NCBI GenBank assembly: GCA_043228905.1
Contig: JBHGNT010000010.1
Location: 17,918,001 to 17,982,000, forward strand
From: Azolla caroliniana
Lineage: Eukaryota; Plantae; Polypodiophyta
Direction of reading: 5' to 3'
DNA: 64,000 nt
Both the position numbers and the translations under genes were made by a program. Under the pieces are notes generated by a model. The model saw nothing but the letters and a program-made list of their open reading frames with translations. It did not search any database and had not been told where the DNA came from. Numbering within the stretch: the stretch's first letter is position 1; each line of letters opens with the position of its first letter. This document shows, piece after piece, positions 54,201 through 64,000 of the stretch.

Positions 54201-57200
54201 AAATCTACCATAAATCAATGATGAATTTATTTTGTTTTTAGGATCAATAATAGTTACATGAATCTATCAATAAGACATCACCTGGACACAGTCTCTATCC
54301 TCAAAAAGAGGTGAAGCTTTAGCAAGTGATGGTAAAAAAAAGGTATTAACGAATTTAATAAAGATATATTATAGGAATATTTTATATTTGTAATTCTTAC
54401 AATCTTAGAGCCAACAGGTATTACAGAAGATAGGCAACTAAAAACACTTTCTAGATTTTGTCAACGTATATATATACTAGGAATCATCATCAAACAATAT
54501 ACCAATTCATAGAAAACTAATTCAAAACCAAGCAACAAAATCTACCAGAAATCAATGATGAATTTATTTTGTTTTTAGGATCAATAATAGTTACATGAAT
54601 CTATCAATGAGACATCACCTGGACACGGTCTCGATCCTCAAAAAGAGGTGAAGCTCTAGCAAGTGAAGGTCTAATGTAGAAAGACTTATAGGAGAGAGGG
54701 TGCTTTGTGTATTCCATGGTCAATGGTGAGGGTCTACAAAATTTAAGCCAAGCATATTAGACTTGGTGCCGTAAGAGTCATACCATAAATCATCAAGTGA
54801 AAGTTGTGAAACCAAAACTTATAAATTCTACTCGTTATGAAGGGTGTCAAGTCGCATGAGTTCAGAACGAACTTTGCTCGAGACTCCGTCTGCACCTACA
54901 AGTAAGTCAAAGTGCACCTCCAGTCTCTCGCCTAAAATGAATCCGAGCAGTAACAACTGTAAGATTGATATGCAAAATATGAATGTCACACCCACAATTT
55001 AGGGTGTCTTGAACAATATATAGACCAACCAAACACACACAAGTAAGTCAAGAAAAGAAATTCATGGTAAATGAGGTGAAGCAAAAGATGAATTGCCGTG
55101 ATAGGATAGCTAAGAATGGAATGAAACTATAAAAAGAATAAGATTTCAAAGACGTGCTTATCTTTATACAGGAACAAGGTGAATCATAGGAGAAGTGAAG
55201 TGCTGAAGAGTAAAAATCTTGGCCTTGATGCCCACATCTTTTCTGTTCAATTTTATATTATCAAATTTGATGGATAAGAACGGAAAGAAAGGATTAAAAC
55301 GAACAAGATTTCAAAGGAAGATTTTTTTATACAGAAAAGAAGTGCATGATAGGAGAGGTGACGTGCTGAAGAGTGAAACTCTTGGCCCTTCTGCTGAACA
55401 AGGTATTCTCTATTCAATTTGATGCTATGAAATCCGGTTGTAGTACTTTCATACTTATCACAGAGATATTCAAACTGTTTACTTTTTTATCTTTTTAATT
55501 ACTCATAAATAAATTAGAACGGTAGGGTATTCTAGAACATTGAGTGTATAAACATTGTGTTTGTAGATATATATAGTAACTAAAGAGGGAAAGGAAAAGA
55601 CAAAAAGAAGCCATGGTTATTCATTAGCTACTTATTCCATCTTCACACACGTTCATTCATGAAATTACCATGCCTGTTTGAACTTTACGAGTTTGTTAAA
55701 ATAAGCCTTAGTTTATGTCAATGCACCTGTCGTTTTATGACAGAAGTAGGTCTTTGTTTTGTCATTGCTCAACTCAGAAAGCTCCCATCCATAATTTAAA
55801 GTTAAATTGTCTGAATTCCTGAAAAACAAAACGAGTATATATTTATCAATCTGCTCAACTCAAAAAGCTCCCCTCTGTAGTTTAAAGTTCTAATTATTTG
55901 AAATTTCTGAAAAGCAAAGCGGGTACACATTTCTTTGTAACACTCAATTTCATTGGTGAGTTTCACACACAACATGAGAAGCAATGTTTAAATGATCATA
56001 GTTTAGCCACCCATCATGATTTAGTATGATTACATAAGAAAAAAAATATATCAGCTATATGTGTCCACCTTTGTGAAATGCTTTGCTGAAAGAAAGAGAC
56101 CAATGCATTCCTACTGACAGAATAGCTTTCTAAATCTGACCTGTCTGAATAGTTGAACCGAAGCTGCCAAGTACAAATTATAACACATTTGTTCAGCTCA
56201 GAATACAAAAATATGTAAAGGATCAATGGTTTCAACAAAGATTTCATTAATCTGCTGCGTAGCGGTTTTCCATTCCATTTGGGAGAGTAAACGTCGCAGG
56301 CCATCCTTATCAAAAGTCTCCCATCGACATGCTTGAGTTCATTGTCTCTTAGCAAACCAGTGGAAAACAGCTTTTTCAAACACCATAATATTACATCAAC
56401 TATGTGATGAAAGTCAAGTAGGATTGTCTGAGAGAGGCCTAAATAGAGTGGTGATTTAATCAAGGTCACACAAGCCGAGAGCATTGACACGAACAAATCT
56501 TCTTTGCAGAATATTAGAATATATGTGAATCTTCTATATTTGTATTTATCTTTCCCATTAAATTCTAGAGATTGTATACGCACTGGCTATTTATTGATTA
56601 CATGCCCGAGTCATGAAGCATTTTTGAAATGCATTTCAATCTCTGTGTATCCTCTATAAAGGGATCTTACCTTTTTCCCTTTCGATATATGTGAACAGGA
56701 ACCCACGAGGGGCTTCAACAATGACAGTGGAAGTATGAGACCAGCACCTTCAATGGCTTTGATAGCCCTTGGTGTTATAACAAGTGGATATGAACGAGTA
56801 TCACCCGGTGCATAGAGTCTCTCTATTTTTGAAACAAAAAAAATACATAAGAATTACGTTTTCTTACTAAATCAGCAAAAACAAAGTACTACATGACAAG
56901 CTAAATTGAAGACACAATCCACATTATCATTCCTAAGACTTACAGGTACATTTATCTCTGAAAATAAGCATAGATGGGAATGATAAGATTAAATTGAAGG
57001 TAAGACAAGATGGATACCATCCTCGTCATCATCTGCTGGGAAAGATGATTGGATTGGTGGATGTCGCTCAAATACTTGAACATTAAAGCCCCTTTGAAAT
57101 AAATAATGTGACATGAGGCATCCCGCTGGACCAGCACCAACTACTACAGCCGTCCTCGGTTCCTGCCCATGTGAAACAATAAGAAAACCTCTTCCCTATA

Positions 57201-57832
57201 TATACATACATACATACATACACATACAGACATGCACATATTTTAAACAAATACAATGTGGTTAATCTACTTTAAACAGACACAATATTTTTACATGTAT
57301 ATAATAATAGGTAAACTATACAAACGCACATGATCATGTTGAAACTCCATACTGGCCAAATGCTGATTCCTGGCGCAATAGCACCATTTGTGACAAAATT
57401 TCCATTGATTAAATATGCTGATTCATGGTGCAATAGCACCATTTGTGACAAAATTTCCATTGACTAAATATTCAATAGACTGCAAGAATGTTTCAATTTT
57501 GGATGAGGAAATTGAGCTCTACGAATGCATTGTCACTAAAAGATCCATACACACCCAAAAAAACAAAACTTAAAAAGAAAAAACTGATCTCCATAATTCT
57601 TTAAAAAAAAGAGAGAAGGTAAAACACATATACATAAACTAAAATTGACAATTAAATAAGAAAAAAAGAAGAAGCAGAGAGACATTAAGAAAAATAAACT
57701 AACCATGGAAGCTTGGATGTTGAAGAGAGGGATGCTCTTCCTCAGATACTGGTTCTTCTTCGTGTGGAAGGGAAGAAGAGAGGTGTGCAGAGGAAGCAGA
57801 GGCAACAGGGCTTGATCACACAACAGAGTCAT
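51288..57832 (-). CDS. FAD-dependent monooxygenase, kynurenine 3-monooxygenase-like, 12 exons, about 508 aa, C-terminal hydrophobic anchor
   Basis: Exons 57832-57704, 57162-57018, 56822-56671, 56163-56069, 55818-55727, 54931-54832, 54733-54619, 54101-53983, 53894-53735, 53147-53063, 52948-52765, 51438-51288, all phase-consistent. Motifs VVVGAGPAG...VFER, RSYPLVITPRAIKAI, YSVSRNAL, DLLVGADGVSSKVR, LIGDSAHAMFPSYGTGCNAALEDC, EFTKTRIADAHAI, TAYQLLWLEVPF and a hydrophobic tail. The first exon is less certain. Confidence 0.85.
51485..52300. repeat. Minisatellite, about 11 copies of a 75/76-bp unit, in the last intron of the KMO-like gene
   Basis: Unit TTTTATCCAACA(TAGA/GAGTA)AGGCATATATGGCTAAACACATGGACAACATATTTTCAGCTTTTATATGGTTTCCAAAC, head to tail with no unique spacers. 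Confidence 0.95.
54135..54670. repeat. ~200-bp direct duplication covering an exon 3' end and donor site of the KMO-like gene
   Basis: GGAATCATC.TCAAACAATATACC...GACATCACCTGGACAC...AAAAAGAGGTGAAGCT.TAGCAAGTGA at about 54143-54329 and 54480-54666. Confidence 0.9.
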
Positions 57833-57867
57833 TAAAATCCACAACCAAAGAATGATGAGAGACACAT

Positions 57868-57949
<82 letters not shown>

Positions 57950-58061
57950 GAGAGAGAGAGTTTTCTTTTTTTATTTTTAGTATACAAAAAGAAAAATTGT
58001 GTGTGTGTGTGCTAGAGAGAGAGAGAGTTTTATTTTTATTTTTTTAGTATACAAGGGAAGA

Positions 58062-58106
<45 letters not shown>

Positions 58107-58230
58107 GAGAGAGACAGAGAGTTTTATTTTTATTTTTTTAGTATACAAGAGTAAAATTGTGTGTGTGTGTGTGTGTGTTAGAGAGAGAGAGAGAGAGTTT
58201 TTTATTTTTTTATTTTTAGTATACAAAATA
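57868..58230. repeat. Higher-order repeat of (TG)n-(AG)n-T-tract-AGTATACAA units, 4 copies
   Basis: TTTTAGTATACAA recurs four times, each preceded by (TG)n and (AG)n tracts of different lengths. Confidence 0.85.
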
Positions 58231-58687
58231 AAAGGTCAATTTTTTGGAAAAAAAGTTAAAAGGTCAAGACATGTACATACATGTAACATAATACATATTG
58301 ATATATGTAATAGAGAGAGCTTCACTTTCTCGCGGTAACCGACTTGATGACTACCCGTCGTTCCGCTTAAAGCCACACGATAAAGTATTGAACCTAAAGC
58401 CTGTGTGAATGCACTCTTAATTGGAGAGAGAGAGAGAGAGAGAGACGGACAGACATATAGATCTGGTCTATGATCGATTGTGATCTATGGGACTAGACCT
58501 AATGGCATCAGGTTCTCTCATATTTATGACCTTTTGATGCTATGGTGTAAACCATCAAGCCAGCACCCAAAGTAAAAAACTAGGAAAATAGTTTGTCAAT
58601 AATTACACGAGAATGTCGAGCAAATGGTCTTTTTTTAATATAAATTGTGTTTTCTAAAATAGCCAAGGACATGTTTAAGTGACTCTA

Positions 58688-58731
<44 letters not shown>

Positions 58732-59966
58732 CCCTAGTGAAATAATGAGCTTTCTCATGTTTATCTGTTGCTCAATGTCATGAATTTTTGTCAATTTAAT
58801 CTCATAGCAAATGTCTTTTGAGGACAAAATGCAACTAGGGCCTGCTAATGGGTCATGTGTCCACTCCACATATGCTTCATAACCTTTCCAAAGTGAGCGA
58901 TATCTAGTCACCTAAAACAATCCCTGAAGAGACGGTTGTATAGATTACATGTTTTGCATTCTTCAAGTAGCTAATCAAAGAGCATTTGAAATTTTTTTAT
59001 AGTTAACTACAATTGTTAAGATGTTCTTTTCGGTGCTTTCATTATCACAACCCCATTCCATTATTCTTCTTCTCGATCTTGGGAATCACTGGATCTTGCC
59101 TCCTCAAACGCGGATATACCATATTAACATAAACAATTGTTGCTTTATCAAAACTACGAATTGTTACTTCACATCCTTATAAATGGAAATTTCCTTTAGG
59201 AAATTCAAAAAGCTAGTAACACGTTATAGAGTCCTTTTAAGTGAATTGCATTGGTTGACGGAAAGCAAACTTTTTGAGATCTAACACCATCTTGTAATGT
59301 GAACCATCCAAATTCAAGTCATTTTAGGTTCGTCACTTCAAGGAACCGCACGTGGTCATTTCGAGAAATCTAGTATTAAATTTAGGAGCCTTGTTGACGA
59401 TGACTTTCCAATCATTTTCTCATGAAATGCATATTGCATTAAACTAGATAACACTTTCGTGAATAGTTATCATGACACATCATAAGTTGGATCACATCCA
59501 CATGGGAGAAAGAAGCTTTTCCTAGCACCACACTTTTAACCCATCCCATTTCCAACTCACAATTGTTCTTTCCATTTGGAAAGATGGCAAGAATACGTGT
59601 ACGATTCAGATGGAATAGTCGATCACATTACTCAATTATTTTCGTGACTCTTATCAATACAAGTAATTTATAATTTTAGTTAGAGGTTTCTATAAGATAT
59701 GAGCTCTATTCATCATTTATGAATTTACATGGTATGAATGGAAATGGATATACAAGAAGAGTAATTTGTATTTGTGTTGGTATTTGTTGTTGTACTCGTA
59801 TTCGTATTTGTATTTCTACACACACACACACCCTCCCACCTCAAAAAAAAAAACGAGAACCCTCAATTCTCTGTGTACTGCCATGGGGCTGACTTTAAAA
59901 ACTGCCCATATAGCAAACAATCAAATATACCAAAGAATTTTTGGCAACCTTCATTTCGTTGCCTTC

Positions 59967-62900
59967 TCATTGTGTCAATATATAGGATGCTTCATTAGAT
60001 AATATATCTCCATTACCACGAGAGCGATAAAAAGCGCTCTGACTAATGCCACCATTAGGTATGGTTGCTCTGGAACTATACGAATTAACATTAGCATCAA
60101 CATCCCCACCATGGATAAGAGGTCCAGGCCGAGGAACCAACCTAGCAAAACAAAATATGTACCATACAATCAAATTGATAAAATGACCAAAATTGTTAGT
60201 CATGTGCCTTTATTGATTAGTACAAGTAATTTCTAAGCTAAGTTCTAATCCAGACATATGTTCTGTTTCAAAAGAAACATATTGACCATGCATTCAACCA
60301 AGAGGGGCATATTTTCTAGGGAAGACCTCATTAGCCTGTGATGATCCTGCTTTATGCATCAATCCATGCTTGATAATGCAACCATCAACCAAGCATGTTC
60401 TTTTATTTTCTCAATACTTGTTACATCATTGTATTCTATTTTCAAGCCACTTAGTTTTAAGGTAAGCGCAAAAAGGTATATTTTTCTTTTGTTTTTTTTC
60501 TGTTGTCACTCGCAACTGACAAGTTAACATATACAATTGTTACATTGAATAGGTTAAATGGGCCATAATGCTCTTCAAGAGAATTACTATATATTTCTTC
60601 CTTCCTTTCTTTTTAAGCTAGTTATTAGGAATCTGCAATGTTTCAGTTTAACCTGAACAGAACCGTGAAACCATAATTTAATGGCTTAATGGTTTCAGCA
60701 ATTTGGTTTCAGTGTGGGCTCTGTTTTGCTTGGGAATTCAAGGGTTTGGTTCGGTTCGGTTCGATTGAGGCTTTATCATCTGAACAATATATCGTTTATC
60801 CAGCTTACAATGGCTTAACAATTTAGAGGAACATTTTTTAAATATTTATTAAAAACATAAATTATGTAATATGTATTATGAAGTTTTAACTTGAACACTA
60901 ACCATTCTTTTATGTTTTTGTTTTCTTTTTAGTTTTAAAAAATAACCCTTTTAACAATTCGGTTCGAGCCAAAATCGAATCACAAAACTGCAGTTAAGGG
61001 TTGGTAGATCTCTTTAACCATTTGGTTTGAACTTGAAAAAATTTAAATGGTTTCAGTCAAAATTCACTCCAGTTTAAGTTTCCAAAATTTTAAATGATTT
61101 GGTTTGAAACGATTTTTGAGACTCCCAAACCAAACCAAACCAAACCATTGCCAATTACTACCATTATCCATTCGAGGTTTTTGTTACATCTACTACATGG
61201 TCTAAAAGTTCTAAGAAAAAGCATTTCATTTTGACATAAGCTTATGTCTGACATTCATAAAATGATGATAATAAGTTTGGCCTCATATTTTGGCTTCTTA
61301 AGAGACTACTATTTCTTTGTTTCTTTTCCTTTTTTCGTATTAAGGATGTACGCTAGTCATAAGCCAAGATTCTACTAACCCATAACCTGGGTTCAAATCT
61401 AACTATATGAACTACTTTACTAGAAACGCATTGCAAAATGTTGGGGTTGAAAGCATAACCTTATGGTCTCTCCAAAAAACTTTACCAACTCAACTAGAAC
61501 CGCCTGACCAAAATATACCTCCCTTTCTTTCTTTCTTTCTTTCTTCTCTCTTTGTCATCAACTTACCCCAATGTTCCCTCTCTCATTGCACTCTTGAGAT
61601 TCTCCTCTGAATTGACACTAGCACTTCCTAACTCAAAAAATAAATCAATTATTGTACTTCTCCTTTTACCAATGTCACTGATGGTTGGGTGTTTTCCTGC
61701 TTTCCATACATGTTTTCTGTGGTTTTCTTCAGTTTGCTGTCTACATTTCAAAGGATGGCTGGAGCTTTTTTCATACCTTGCTCTTTTTGTTAGCTTTTGC
61801 TTTCCACAAGGCAAAAAAGATGTACTCAAGAATGTCTAATTTTGTCAATACCCATGTTTTGGAAAAAAAAAAATGGTTTTTTGGTTTTGCTTTTAATAGC
61901 TTTTCTTTCTGCATTTTGTTACACATCTATAGTTTTTTATATAGATTTCAATGTCTTTGGGTTCACTTTTTGCTTTCTACAGCATGAAAATACCTCACTC
62001 ATACACTAAAGTTTTGACTTGTAAAAACAAGAAGAGAGGACAATTTTGACACCAGATTTAAAGAATGAATTCACCCAAAAAAGGCATGTTAAAAGACCTT
62101 CCTTTTATGTTTATACTTGAGCACTAAATAGCATGTGTAGCTCCCTGATGAAAGACTAGGAGAAAACATATTGACTCTTACCGTTTGTAAAGTAGCATGT
62201 ATGCTCTTTGCTGCATCACCTTTGCCAAGTTAACCTCCTTAACCTGACCAATTCAAATTTCAAATATAATTGTACGTATGCTGTTAAGAACACAAAAGAT
62301 CAATATATGTATGTTGGTGTATGTGGATATAATATACACTTTTTGAAGAGAAATATTCCAAAGATTTTTTTTTTAAATAATTTCATGTGTATGTTTACTA
62401 GCACAAAATACATATGTGGAAGGACTTTTAAGATATAATATAACAATTTCTAATGCCAAGAGTTTGTTTACCGTGCTGTCATCAATTTTATACCAAAACC
62501 CATGGAGATCTTTAACATAGCAGATGTAGTGACCGAAGAAGGAAGAATTGAGCATATCTATGTGAACAACAACACCATATAGTTCATAACGAGGTGAATC
62601 ATCACTCTCTTTACTCATGAAAGGTGTTATGTCAAGAACATTCGGGAATGCCACCCTCTTGTTGAGCTTTCCAAATTTCCCTGACTAATTCCAATAAACA
62701 ACCAGAAAGAAAACCACACTTTTAAGGAATCAAAAAACTTCCCCATGAATTTCTGAACCTTTTGACCGCTATGTATATTGTAGGATTTTGTACTAACCTG
62801 AAACCTTTTAAGAGCAATAGTCAATATGTTTGGGGCTTTGTGAATGACTAATCGTTTCCATGCTTTCACATATGCATCACACCTGTAAAAAAAGGAAAAA

Positions 62901-63923
62901 CATGTTTCTTTATACTCAAGTTCTTAACAAAGAAAACCCAAAGGAAATGCTTTTAGTTGAAATAGAAAACATCGGTGCTAGGAAAAGAGCACAAAAGTAT
63001 ACCTATCACACTTATATTTATTATCATCATCTAGCCACTCCATGGCAGTAAACTGAGCTAATGCATCTTCCAATGTGTCTAAATTGCCTTGGATCTCCAC
63101 AGCAAGGTCCATCATGTTTTCATACTTGTATGATTCATGCTGACACTGCATACACCTTACCTGATCATCATTAAGCCCACAAACAAATGCACGATGAAAA
63201 TATAAAAACTTTCAAACACAAAAATACAGGTAAAATTTTTAAGAACCAAAGTTGAGTTCTTAAAGAAAGAATGATTGCCTGCGATCGAAGATAGCCACCA
63301 AAAATGTGTTGTATCAAGGTAGTCTCTTGCATCCTGGAATCAACAGTGTTATGACCACCCACTTGATCGAAACAAATGGACTGCATGGAATCAATGGCAA
63401 ACCTGAATCCACAATTCATTTTCCATTAACTACTCCAAGTCGTAAAGATTCAATTCAGTTACAGAATTTCAAGATCAAATATAAAAGAATTTCATCCAAA
63501 ATAGAGAAAATGCATTGAATAGAGAGAAACAAATATGCACCTCATGAATTCATGAGCATCTTCTTGACGCCCAGACCCCATGTGGCTTCCAATGTTTTGT
63601 ATTCCCAAAACTATACGTTTGGGTTGAAATGGGGTCCGACCTTCCTTTACTGTGTCAATGTGATTCTTGAGCTCACACATGAAGCACCAAACACTTCTCT
63701 GACCTGAGTATAAATTTTCATTTAACCGAATATCTTTTATAAAAGGGATGAGATGATCACATAATGAAATATAAAAAGATGCATCAGATCATAAAGCATA
63801 TTTATTTTAAAAGTAGTTTTTGTAGGTAACGTACATTCTTCTTTTTTGTGGTGTCCTTCCAAAAGATATGCAGCGAGGGGTCGAGTATACGTCAAGCATT
63901 GCAAAACCACATTTGCAAAACAG
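59967..63923 (-). CDS. Ubiquitin-specific protease of the UBP15-19 group (3' part; gene continues beyond the window end)
   Basis: Exons 63923-63835, 63703-63541, 63402-63279, 63160-63003, 62882-62798, 62684-62472, 62243-62182, 60141-59967. Cys box [43 protein letters not shown], His box YGVVVH...GHYICYVK...WYKIDDS, AYMLLY. Confidence 0.93.
60626..61160. mobile_element. hAT-like MITE, copy 4 (diverged, in the last UBP intron)
   Basis: Ends TAGGAATCTGCAATG...CATTGCCAATTACTA with GGTTC/AAACC subterminal arrays. Confidence 0.65.
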
Positions 63924-64000
63924 CTGATATAATCCAAAGGACAAAACAATTACAAAATGGGACCAAAAATGGATTTTTATCGCATCAGACTCAGATATAG

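Noticed and set aside
56014-56583. 189-aa ORF as a standalone gene
   Set aside because: Only 56163-56069 fits the spliced monooxygenase; the rest is intron read-through with no recognisable motif.
57355-57470. 55-bp duplication as an extra exon of the KMO-like gene
   Set aside because: The period is not a multiple of 3 and the flanking exons already join in phase; treated as an intronic duplication.
58320-58420. Box C-like TGATGA suggesting a snoRNA
   Set aside because: No matching box D or terminal stem at a suitable distance.
61340-61405. tRNA T-arm-like GGGTTCAAATC
   Set aside because: No acceptor stem, D-arm or anticodon arm could be folded; at most a SINE relic.
61563-61829. 88-aa minus-strand ORF in the last UBP intron
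   Set aside because: No recognisable domain, and it is not needed for the phase-consistent UBP exon chain.

Overview
AT-rich, intron-containing land-plant nuclear DNA. A fern or other seed-free vascular plant is my inference from the PLS-PPR relics, the KMO-like gene and the TE types. Seven spliced genes were reconstructed by hand from splice sites and reading-frame phase: a Nudix hydrolase (+), RMI2 (-, absent from the ORF track), NHP2 (-), plastid pyruvate dehydrogenase E1 alpha (-), a subgroup-9 (MIXTA/MYB17-like) R2R3-MYB (+), a 12-exon kynurenine-3-monooxygenase-like flavoprotein (-) and the 3' part of a UBP15-19-type deubiquitinase (-) with a GC-AG intron. Between and inside them are a full-length decayed L1 LINE with TSD, a Copia relic carrying a nested 5'-truncated LINE, Gypsy and LINE fragments, four copies of a hAT-like MITE, two PPR pseudogenes and many tandem arrays. 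The most unusual structure is a 516-bp segment duplicated next to itself in inverted and circularly permuted form (A-B-spacer-A'-B') with 6-bp microhomologies at every junction, the footprint expected from reintegration of a circular DNA or a double template switch. No database searches or alignments were run; protein identities come from recalled motifs.
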